Assembly (NCBI GenBank): GCA_965113315.1
Contig: OZ220365.1
Reading direction: 5' to 3' (one strand)
Origin: Podarcis vaucheri
Lineage: Eukaryota
Length of the DNA stretch: 64,000 nt
In this document: positions 36,850 through 48,699 of the stretch, in pieces
Position numbering within the stretch: the first letter of the stretch is position 1
Layout: every line of letters begins with the position of its first letter
Made by a program: the position numbers and the translations under genes
The notes under the pieces: model-generated
What the model saw: only the letters and a program-made list of their open reading frames with translations
What the model was told of the DNA's origin: nothing
The model's database searches: none

Positions 36850-38462
36850 CATTTTTCCACTTTGCCGAAAAACTAAATGCAATGAAGATAGTCTTTTCAA
36901 AAGAAGTGTGCAAGTGTGCAGGTCTTACTATACTTCACAAAATTACTTTTAATCAATTTTCTGTCATTTTTTTCATTTATGCGTCCAGTGTCCACTATTT
37001 GAATTTTTTATTTTGCTGTTCCTATGTTGTAACTTGTATGTTCCTTTAAGGGGAATAGCTTGGGCATGACCAGGGAGAGGCCTATGGAGACATCTTTTTC
37101 TGAGTGATGGCAAAAGTGATGGCAACTGGGTTTTCCTGCTCTTTTCTTCCTTTTATTTTCAGCTTGTAAAAGTAGAATTTAGTTGGTTGTAAGCAAAGGA
37201 AAAGAAATCTTTGTTACAGAAGTCAAGCTTACAGGAACCATCAGTCCTGTTAAGAAGACTTAGGCTGTTGCAGTATTGTGTATTCACTATACTATGTTTA
37301 ATATACTGACCTGCTTTTTATATGAATGGCATGGAGGTTTAAGGCTCATTAAGTCATAGAGAGCAATTTATTAACTTTTGAATGAACAAAAACAAGGAAG
37401 ACTATCTGTGAGAGAAGTGAAATCCCATGTAGCATTTAAAAGATATGTTGTGAGTTTTACGTGGTGCTAGATGGACTCATGGTTTTTTATGAATGTAGTA
37501 CTACCAGTATGTGATATCCTGTTGTAATATTGTTTTTCTGACTTTGCAACACATTCTTTTAAAGTTCACTGGATGCTTGCTGTAAGCCTAGCCTCCATTT
37601 TTTCCTTTCTGATCAATCAGAAATTGTAGAAAGCTACAGTTGAAGGTCAGTCATAATCTGTTTGATGCTGTAACTTCAAGAACAAGAAGGATGAGACAAG
37701 AAGTCAAAATAGAAAAACAAGCAGACCTTCACTAAGGTGACTAATTCCTGACATTTTCTAGAAAGAGATTCTAATGAAACTGGCTTTAAAAAAGTAAAAA
37801 TTGGCTCCTTAATTTGCCCCTGTGCTCAAGAGAGTTTTGATCAGATATGACCAGAGGCTAAAATCAGTTTTGGAAAATATATTTGAAACACATCCACAGA
37901 AGGTCAGTGAATGCATTTCAGTTTATGAATATCAAAGAGAAAGCAAAGGCACATTGTACACAAATGAATGTTGTGGAAGGGAAAATACAAGGAGCAGTGT
38001 ATGCAGGTGAAATAAAACACAATGATTAAATGGAAAAGCAAAACAGAATATGAATATGCAATCTTTTAAAAATCATCTTTATTATTAATTAACATAGACT
38101 ACACACAATTGAACACAAAAAACCAAAACACAAGCACTAAGTTGCTTCTTGGGGCCTTCACCTTTACCATGCATGAGTTAATAGTACTTTCTTTTCTTTG
38201 TGCCCTTGTTATCCACAGCCTAAATTATTACAAGTCTAGCTCAGTTTTATTGTTAAAACAACAAGGTCATCACAGAGCTCAGAAATAAACTGATTTCAGG
38301 CCACAGTAATAAAGCCTTATTAAGAATAGGTGGTCAGCACAACAATTTTTGTTTGCACATGGGAATTCCCCTCCCTGGCCTCTGTGCATTGCCCTCCAAC
38401 CCCCCAAAAATCTTCTCTGGTGGGTTGAGGGGAAGTTCTGATAAATAGCCAGAAGTTAGTGA

Positions 38463-38840
38463 TAGGGCTGTATCATCAGTGATTCAGTTCACATTTAAAG
38501 GCAAACTTCACTAAGAAAGAATACGTGAACTGAAATACAGCTTTCATAATTCACTCTTCTCAAAAAAATTGCAATGCAGTTCTCCAGCCGAGTAATGTGT
38601 ACTAAAATGCACAAAGTTGGGTAAAGTGTGCATAAAAGTTGCATTTATTAGTGAAAATAACGTAAAATAATGCTTTGTACTAAGGGAAATGTCTGTATTA
38701 GGCAAATTTGCATACAAACATGTATATTCACACAAATGCTGATGAATTTTCACGATGACTTTTTAAAATTGCAAATTGATTTGAAAATGTTAAGATTTGG
38801 ATGAATTAGAAACCGAAATTGACAGATTTGCCCATCCCTG
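38463..38840. mobile_element. Old non-autonomous DNA transposon-like repeat
   Basis: TAGGGCTG ... CATCCCTG ends with AT-rich internal TGCA(T/C)A/AAAATG repeats. Confidence 0.45.
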
Positions 38841-41800
38841 ATAATCAGTCTCCAGTAATTGTACTAAAAGATGGATGTAATTCGAGAACCAAATCATTCA
38901 TGTGCAAATGAAATAAAAACGGGTTAAGGAACTGACTAGTCTCACACCTTTAGTTGTAGAAATTATTTCTGATGGCCTTAAAGTAAATCAATGTCAATTG
39001 ATACTTGTGCTCCACAACCAATTTATCATGATTGATCCTATTGAAGGCTGCTGTAAGGTAGACAAATGCCACAAAGTAGTCTTTTAGCATATTTGCTCAG
39101 CCAGTAATTAAGAACAAAGCATTGATCTATTTCCCCACAAGATGATACCCCTTCTTCTGGTCATGTACCTAATTTTGACCCGATATCTTACAGGCCTTTT
39201 GGGTGATAATGACTAGGATCCAATTGGTTCTTATATATAATTAAGATAATGCTCACCCTCCAGTCCGTGGGCTTTGTACCGTATTATTTCTATAGGCAAC
39301 AATGCATGTTTGCTGTAGAGTTTCAACGTGACATTAAGTTGTACTTAAACCAGGTATGTGCAGTCCAATTCTTTAAACATGATATTACATGAGATCACCT
39401 ACATGGAGGTATGTGAGTGTCAGTGGTATGGATGCAACCCCATAGAAATCACTGTGTTCCAACATGTGATGATTTCACCATCTGAAATGTTCTATGTGAG
39501 TGGAGTCTGCCAAGTGGAGTGGATCTGTCCCAAGTCAGTGCTTCAACCATTGTGTCTGTGAATGTGTGTATCTGGATTGTGATGCGGATGTCAGTTTCCC
39601 ACTATTTCCCAAAGTTATAAGATGTCGCCGAAGGTTTGATTGGAATTGGCCAATTGATGGCAGACATTCTGTATGATTTCTAGACATTTCTTAAAATATA
39701 AGCCTATGAGGCTCTGCATTCATAGTATACGATTTTAGATATTGTGCTTTGGAGTTAGTATCTAAAGTAAGTCAGCTGGCATGTGGGAGCTCTTAGGGAG
39801 TAATCTTATGCACATGAAGCTGGTGTAAATCCAAGCTGGTTTAAGTTGGTGTAAGTAAGTCCTATTCATCAGAGGACTGCTGCTGCTGTTGCTCAGCTTA
39901 GTGTGGCAGAGGGAAAACAAGCCTTTAAAATAGTGCTGTATGCCAGGTTGCCAGGTCACATAACCAAGCTGCACAGGCTCAATTTGTTTATGGACCCACA
40001 GGGAACCCCTTCCTCCCCAATATAAATAGGTTGGTGGCTGTTATTAGTCATGGGTTTTGGAGAGAAGACCAGCTGGCCAAGATTCACTTGAGATGTATTA
40101 AAACTTCACATCAGAATATTTTAGGGAGTTACAAGCATGTGGGGTTGTCCATAGCAGTCTCTAGTTCATGACATACATCTATAGATAGTTAGAATGTCCT
40201 GGTAGGAGTCAACTGTCCATCAAGAAGTATTTGTCAAGCTCTGCTTGAAGCAAGAACTGACAGGCATCTAGGCCATTGCTTTCAGTATTGTTACCGGTGA
40301 TGCATAGAAACCTGTGGTAGCAACCATGCATTATGCAAATAGTAGCTTAGATATTCCTGTGTCAGTATAAGCCAGGCGAAAAGAGATCGCAATCAGTTCT
40401 GTTCTGTCTTATTTAGCTCCTGTAATGTCCACAATATTCTGAAAGGCTTTTATCTTTATTTAAAATGTCAACTTGTAATAATTAATAAAAGATGCAATCA
40501 AATTTCCATTTAGCAACAGTTTAAAATGACTTAATTATCTTAAGACCGCTCTCTTTTCATTACCATTCCTAGCACACAGAGTTCTGTTGTTGTTTTTTTA
40601 ATTTGCAGACTTACAGAGATGAGCTATAAAGAGTTAGCTAAAACTTGTTTAACCAGGCTTAGGAAAACAGATGGAAGTTTGCATGGAATTAGTACTCAAA
40701 TCTGGGCTCAAGGTCCCTTCCCATCTATCAATTTGCTGTGCCAACAAAAAAGAGCTTCCTTTTTTCATTTGTTGTGCATTGCTTCTCTCACAGCTACCTA
40801 CTCTTCTGTTTGATGGATATCAGTATGCAATATTTGAACATTGCAGTTATTCCCTTGATAATACATGCATATATTTTGCGGTTTTCACAAGAGTTACAAC
40901 CCTGTATTGGTTGATGATTGTATGAGATATTGCCATTGCAGGATTTGCTCTCTGGATTGTATCTGATTAAATCATGCTCAGAGTATATGCCCATGCTCAG
41001 AGATCCTACAGGCTCCAAGCTGAGCTGAGGCTCATTCTGAAGGAGGCTGTTTTGCAGGCCACTTGGAGAAACACCTGAAATCTCAAATTCTGCCATACAC
41101 CCAAATTATCTAGATCCTCCCCAAACACCCAAATCTCTCAGTTATCATGGACACTCCCAGCAAAAATCAGTAGGTAGCCCTTTGTGTATAGGGCGCAACG
41201 TACTTCTGAGCTACATTTATCACTAAACATATTGTTGGCATTTTTTTTTTTAAAGTAACATATAAATGGAAGAAATGCCTTGTACAATTTTAGGCTCTCA
41301 TTTCTGGGAGAAAAATGATGATGACCTATGTCCTCTTTTATCATCAAGTTTGAGAAATATACAAAACTCCTACTTAAGTCCATACTTGCTCATTGTATGC
41401 TGGGCTATATTTTGCTTTGTTTCATCTTTTGAAAACCAGATTTATATTAAGCCTTGTGAAGTTCTGTTGGAAACAAACGGAGACAGCAATCCTGGAAAAC
41501 ATTCTCTCTAGTGAATTGTGACAGCTGTGTCTTTTCTCAGCTTAAATCCCTTGTTCTATCCGTCTCTCCTTTATCTCCTAGCTTTTTGTCATTTTTTAAC
41601 TTAACCTAAAATCCAGGGATTTAAATATCAGAATTCTGAATGTAGCTGAATTTTGGCCCAAGTTCAGAATGAGCTTGAGCAGTTGTTGCCGCTTTCTCAG
41701 TTTCATTTTCATGGTTAATGTGAGCAATGCTTTATTATTATTATTGTATTTTTAAGAAAACGAGTTTATATTCAGAAACTGGAATTGAGTTCGGGAGAAA

Positions 41801-42494
41801 TATCTCTGCTGTAATACTGTCTAGCTTTTCTGTAGCAGATTTGTGTCCATGTCAGTGATAAATATGGATTGTGCTTAGTGAGGTAGAGCTATGTGGGTTT
41901 CCTGTTTATATAGCAGCTATGCTATCACAGTCCGGAGCAGCTTTTGCTAATTATTCCTGATATAATTTCAAACCTATCTGACTGTGAAATTGTAACTGCA
42001 AGAATAAACTTCCGAGTCTGTTGCAGAAGCTCAATAAACTAGTTCAGCTGTTTCCCCATCTATCTGGTTGGCATGTGTTGATAAGTGGAAATAAAGTTCT
42101 CTGATATGAATGCTAGGGCCAATCCTCATGTGCTGTGAGTGATTCATGTTTAGATCTCCTGAAATTTTTATTGTAAAGCAGTGGAGCCCCTGTACCAGGT
42201 ACTCACATCCTGAAATGCTCAGAAAATGTGATTTTAGAGTTGTTAATTCATTAAAGAAACTATCCTCTAATTGGTTGATGAATTATTTTATTAAATCCAC
42301 ATATATTTGCATGTGAATAAAGCAATACCATATTGGCTTGAATATAATCCTTACTTTTTTGCAAATTCCAATCATGAAAAGTTAAGTGTAGCTTAAATTT
42401 GTGACCTTACAAAAATTGGCTTTTATGATATCGCTGCTGAAACAGACATACGGTAAAATGGAAAAGGTGTGAGTGTCTGCGGAATTTTAAGTGA

Positions 42495-42592
42495 GCAGTT
42501 TATATTCAGGTATTGTCTTTTTTTCTTCCCCCCCCTTGGATTTTAAAGGTGCGGCTTATATTAGGGTGCGGTTTATATTTGGGCCAATACGG
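42495..42592. mobile_element. Right end of a Tc2/mariner-type MITE
   Basis: GGTGCGGCTTATA repeats ending AATACGG-TA. Confidence 0.5.
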
Positions 42593-42700
42593 TAGTTCTG
42601 AAGAATGCAGCATTATTTATTAGATTATTTAAAATACTTCTTTATTGGCCTTCAGCTCTTCTAGGGAGGTTTCTGTTTGTGTTGCAGCAGTAAAGGTAAA

Positions 42701-43028
42701 AGATGCGGGTGGTTCAAAGCCGCGCGATGGGGTGAGCTCCTGTTGCTCTGTCCCAACTTCTGCCAACCTAGCAATTCGAAAGCACGCCAGTGCAAGTAGA
42801 TAAATAGGTACTGCTGTGGTAGGAAGGTGAATGGTATTTTTGTGCACTCTAGCTTCCATCACGGTCCTCCGTTGCGCTAGAAGCGATTTAGTCCTGCTGG
42901 CCACATGCCCTGGAAAGCTGTCTGCGGACAAACGCCGGCTCCCTCGGCCTGAAAAGCGAGATGAGCACCACACCCCATAGTCACCTTTGACTGGACTTAT
43001 CTGTCCAGGGGTCCTTTATTTTTACCTT
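42701..43028 (+). mobile_element. Sauria SINE with rearranged head
   Basis: Body and TTTACCTT tail match other copies; segment between the A and B boxes is missing. Confidence 0.85.
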
Positions 43029-44601
43029 GCTTCAAAGGAAATTTCCCCTTTGGTATGAGAGAAGGTACTTGCCCTCTGTAGATTGTAAACACTGACATCA
43101 TTGCAATTTATATTAAGAGCACATCTTGGTGAGTGCCTACTGTTTTTAAAATACTGTATATTCCACACCCCTCCTTTAGTCCTGGACCATGAATGCAGCC
43201 TATTTTTCAGTCTCCTTTTGTCAGAATTTATTTGGCCTAGGAAGCTTTCCCAAGCTATAATTACAGGACCTCTTAATTTCATCTTTTGATAAGCAAGAAG
43301 CAATCCATATATATCAGTGGCTATTCTCTTTTTTTCCATTCTTTTGAAGATCAAGCTTCACCAGGAAAGAGTTCAAGAGAGAGGGCAACTGGTGGCTTAA
43401 CGCAAGTAAACAAATGGTTTTGATTAAATCTACACAATGATAAATGGTGGGATTTAGGATAATGGGGTACAGTTGGCCAATTTATTATTTCAAAGCAAGC
43501 TTAGTTTGGAAAAATTCATGAAAATATCTTGGGAAGGAATTCTCAAGGGTTGCACAGTTCAATTTGCCTTCATCTATCACAATTGCTATTGCCTTTTCCT
43601 TCATCAAACACATTTGTAGCAGTACATTTAAATTTACTGTTTCAGCTTGTCTGCTCTGAAGCAATTTAATCCTAGTTTGGTGTCATGCAGTGCAGAAATT
43701 TTGAAATTTTGTTTTAATGAGACTCCCTACGTCAAATGGTTCAAGATCATCCACATGTAAATTGAGCATGCCTCTGATACTACCTGTGATAGTCAACTGT
43801 TTATGATGATAACAGCAGGTCGGGGGAGGGCACAACACATAGATTTCAAGCAAAGCATACCTTTCCCTCTCTTTACTGCCTAGCATTTATACTGTGCCTT
43901 GGACTCCTTTTATAACAAAGAAACAAAGTAAATAAATAGATTAAACAGCCACATTAAAATACTCATAAATCACTTCCCCGCGGTGAAATTATGTTGTCTT
44001 CTTAAAGGTCGGTTAAAAACAAATGTTTTATTAACTATTGAACAACTGGAGCAAGCATATCTTGGGGCTGCCTTTGCATTACAGTATTTTAGAGGAGGCA
44101 TCTGTACTGCAGTGTGATAGGGTTTGCCGGACTAAACACAGACATCATTATATTATGGCTGCAGATACAATCCACTTACTGGCCAGGATGGTCAGTGGAA
44201 AATACAGCTAGCTACAATCGTGGAGAAGCCCTCCTGCCAACTCATGTGGATGGCCCAGTTAATACCACTAGTTTTTCTCCATGAAATTTTGGAGCAATTT
44301 TGAATATCTGATCTAGCATTTTCAGAGGTACATAACTTAATCTCTAGTGTCAATGAACATTATGTTGTCTCTTGGCAATTTCCCCTTGCCCGTGACTGTT
44401 TTACAATCCTGCCAGAATCTTTATTGCTAAAAATGAAATAGTTGGATCATCAGAAACTCTGTTAAGCAATGTGTTTTGCTTTGGTCTGAGATTTTGGGAA
44501 GAGAGTATATGCACCTGTGGGTGAGAGAAGAAGGGATAAATAAGTTAGTAAATTGTGCCAATATATGAGTTGGGTTTAAACCTGATCACCCTCTACTTTA
44601 T

Positions 44602-44842
44602 CAGTGTGGTCTAGTGGTTACAAACTATAACTGTAGTGGGGTGTGTGTGTGTGTGTGTGTGCAGGTTCAACTTCCTACTCACATGATGAAACTCACTGGG
44701 TAATGTTGGGCCAGTCACTGTTTCTCAGCCTAACCTAGCTCACAGGGCTGTTGTAAGGATAAAATTAGGGGTATGTGAGGGGAAGACAACCATATATGCC
44801 ACTTAGCTCCTTGCAGGAAAGGCAGGATATAAATGTAATAAA
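44602..44842 (+). mobile_element. Old CORE-type (Squam3/MIR-like) SINE with internal (GT)n
   Basis: CAGTGTGGTCTAGTGGTTA head; TTGGGCCAGTCAC..TCTCAGCCTAACCTA..CACAGGGCTGTTGTAAGGATAAA core; GGATATAAATGTAATAAA tail. Confidence 0.7.
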
Positions 44843-47430
44843 CAAAGTATTAAAAATCACGGTAGGAAACAGTTTCCAGGTAGAGATCATTGTTCCATAG
44901 GAAGATTTCTTGAAAGCTTACTAAAGTCATGTCTGTCTAGAGATGTAAATATTACAATTACAAGTGGCTGATTTCTAATAAGTAGTTGATTTGGCTGGTT
45001 TGTGGGATTGGGAAAACATAACATTTTTAATTAGAACGAGGACATCTTTGATATGAGGCACAAGCCTCAATGCCATTATTCATACATTATTGCTATGGGC
45101 AAGGTTTTTAATGTTTTAATTAGCATTGCTATTGCTATTACTGTAGTGTTACTAATTAATTTTTCACCATAATCTTACATTGTAATAACCCCTGAATTGT
45201 CAGCGTTTTGCATAACAATGGAACTGCTAATGTAGGATGGGAATGAAGGCTGAGAAGAAAGGGGAGATGAGCAGTGGCAGTGCCGGGTTTGACAGGACTC
45301 GGGGTAGAGTGCCTCTTGGCTGCTCCCCTTGCCTTCACATGTCCTGGCCACCCCACTGCTGCCCTATGTTTTCTTTCTTCCCAGGTCCCTACTGCCCTCT
45401 CCTCCTGTCACAACCTCCCTGGTTGCTCTCATCTGCTCTCCATATCAGTTTCCCAACAACTGCAGCCCCTTTTTTCATTTAGGTGGGCATGTTGTGCAAC
45501 GACGTGTCTGCTGCTAAGGCACCTGCTCCACTTGGCCCCATCATCTGCCACTGCTGTCTCCTCTGCCGGTTGTTTGGGGACTGCAGGGCCCTGGACTTGG
45601 GTTATGAAGTCTAGTCCTAACAGAGACACTTGAAATAAGCGCCGTTTGGCTCTTTAATTGCCATAGAATACAGTTTGGTATATTGAACTACACTGTTATT
45701 TCTGATCGATTGTGGCTGAATGATTGGAACACAATCCAGTATCCATTTAATCTCTTCTTATATTAGGAATGCATATAACTCCCAGTTGTCAGCTATCGGG
45801 ACAATGTGTGAATGCAATCAATCAATCAATCATTCAGTGCAGTAACGATGCAACATTTCAAACACACAAACAAAACATGTAGAATGACAAAGACATGATG
45901 GTCGATTATTCTCTGTCCTAACATATCATTGTTAACTGGAGCTCTAGATGTTGGCCATAAAATCCTAGGCAAGAAACACAGTTCCCCTGACTTTATAGCA
46001 AAGAAATGAAATGTAGCCTGTTGACTGGAAAATTATGTCTGCAGCTGTGACCTCTGAGGCACAGCCTTGCTTTCTACCCCGAAGGCCAGGTACGGCTCAC
46101 TGTCAGCTTGCAGCCTAAAACCAACTTGGCCAGCTATTTCAATCTGCTCCTACAGTCTTTTCCTAAGCACAGCTGTGAGTGGCGTTTACAGGATCAGGAG
46201 TGGAGTGTCACACTCTTTTTCTTCTTTTTGCCTGGGTAACACTGCTTCTCAGACAACTAATTTGGGATGTGGCACTGCCAAGGACAAAAGGTAATTGATT
46301 CCTGTTTTTGAGCAGGCAACATCCTTCCCTGCATGAAATGGCAAGGTTCCCAGAAGATGTTGCAGAAATGTGTGGGGCGTTTTTCCATTTCATGCTGCGA
46401 GGGTGGCTGCTGAAGTGGTGCACCATGCTGCTTTTTTGCCTTGGCCTCTCCCTCTGGGACATTCTCTCGTGAAGTCAGGAGGGCTTTCTTAATTGTCAGA
46501 CCCTTTCCAGCCATAGTGGAACCTGATGACATTGTTGCTGGGGGACTGACTTGAGCCATAACAAAGAACCTTTGGTTCTATAGGGAAGTGCCACCAAAAT
46601 TTCACACTGGAGCATCTTCCTGTGCAGTGAAATGTTCTCAGGCTTCAGGTAGTCTTGCCTATTTTGAACTGAGATTTTTGCCTGAGAAACAGTGGTCTTC
46701 TTGGTGTGTTTGTCAGCTTGTATTCTTCATTTAATTCCTTCGCCCTGACTCCCTTCTGTCAGCTGTCTACGGCGTAGCCTTGCCAGGAACTCCTACTCCT
46801 AAAACACCTATACTAGACTATTTTTCATGCACCTTTAGAGAAAATATTATGGATTTAATTCTTAGCAATTGAATTTCAGAGAAAGGTGTGCTTTGCAACA
46901 TTCTCATATTTCTTAGAACTTTAGCCAGGGCAGCCTTTTAAACCAAAATTTCCATGTCATCATCATACTTTAGCGTGACTCTGCCCTGCTGTTCTTTAAA
47001 ATGCTGAAAGACTTGACAATATGCACTGTATACCCCCCTTGCCTTTCATCTTTTCCCGTCAGTGGATTCCCTCACCATTTCAACTTTTTTTATTGTGTAC
47101 CTAGAGTAAGACGTGTTTGGAATTCAAGTGAGACGTAGCAGACACATCTAGTGCTCTCTAGAGAAATCTATCCTTGATTAAATTGTTTAAAATGACTGCC
47201 GTCGCGTGACCTGCTACCAAGGAGTCTCTGTACTGATAGATACTGTCAAGGAGATGAAGCTCCATGAGGTACTAATGAAGAATCTGAGTCCAATTTTGGA
47301 ATGTTGCCCTGATGTGAGATTACCTCTGATTCTTTTTTAAATGGTTTGTACATTTTTAAAAGCAATTCCTTAGGATACCATTTTAAAAGCAAAAAGCAGA
47401 GCCATATAACCTGGGCCAGACCCATAGGTT

Positions 47431-47724
47431 GAGAGCCAGTGTGGTGTAGTGGTTAAGAGTGGTAGTCTCGTAATCTGGGGAAGCGGGTTCGCGTCTCCGC
47501 TCCTCCACATGCAGCTGCTGGGTGACCTTGGGCCAGTCACACTTCTCTGAAGACTCTCAGCCCCACTCACCTCACAGAGGGTTTGTTGTGGGGGATGAAG
47601 GGAAAGGAGAATGTTAGCTGCTTTGAGACTCCTTAAAGGGAGTGAAAGGCGGGAAATCAAATCCAAACTCCAACTCCTCCTCCTCCTCCTCTTCTTCTTC
47701 TTCTTCTTCTTCTTCTTCTTCTTC
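47431..47724 (+). mobile_element. Squam3-type SINE with (CCT)n(CTT)n tail
   Basis: Near-identical to 2382-2691. Confidence 0.9.
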
Positions 47725-48084
47725 GTTAAGTCTGGACAGATGGGAGAACTAGCTCTGTGATGGCTGTGACTCTGGCAAAGCCCTCTATATGAGGAACATG
47801 CCACACCAGACCAATAATCCCTCTGGCTTAGTACTATCTACACTGACACGTTTTCAGCCAAGGTTCTTTCCACCTTCTTTCCCTGGTAGCTGCATTCCAA
47901 GAAGGCATGGTAGAGGAGCTGAACAGGCAAGTAGTCTGTGTGCTATTGTTTTACATTAGAAAAGCTGAATCTGGTTTTCAGAAAGGGGACTCCCCCCCCC
48001 TTGGTTAAGCAGAACTCCATAATAAATCAAATTCCTGCTTCTGACCCTTTGAAAGCCCTAAGCAGTTTGAGTTGACCGTCTCCA

Positions 48085-48699
48085 AGTGACGCGGCAGCTA
48101 AAAAAGCCAATGCAATTCTGGGCTGCATCAATAGGAGTATAGCATCTAGATCAAGGGAAGTAATAGTGCCACTGTATTCTGCTATGGTCAGACCTCACCT
48201 GGAGTACTGTGTCCAGTTCTGGGCACCACAGTTCAAGAAGGACACTGACAAACTGGATTGTGTCCAGAGGAGGGCAACCAAAATGGTCAAAGGCCTGGAA
48301 ACGATGCCTTATGAGGAATGGCTAAGGGAGCTGGGCATGTTTAGCCTGGAGAAGAGGAGGTTAAGGGGTGATATGATAGCCATGTTCAAATATATAAAAA
48401 GATGTCATACAGAGGAGGGAGAAAGGTTGTTTTCTGCTGCTCCAGAGAAGCGGACACGGAGCAATGGATCCAAACTACAAGAAAGAAGATTCCACCTAAA
48501 CATTAGGAAGAACTTCCTGACAGTACGAGCTGTTCGACAGTGGAATTTGCTGCCAAGGAGTGTGGTGGAGTCTCCTACTTTGGAGGTCTTTAAGCAGAGG
48601 CTTGACAACCATATGTCAGGAGTGCTCTGATGGTGTTTCCTGCTTGGCAGGAGGTTGGACTCGATGGCCCTTGTGGTCTCTTCCAACTCTATGATTCTA
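48085..48699 (+). mobile_element. 5'-truncated CR1 LINE (ORF2 C-terminus and 3' UTR)
   Basis: Open frame [47 protein letters not shown], stop at 48630; CR1 tail CTTCCAACTCTATGATTCTA. Confidence 0.93.

Noticed and set aside
45231-45622. Possible solo LTR (TGTAGGA...TCCTAACA)
   Set aside because: No matching TSD and no clear TATA/polyA arrangement.
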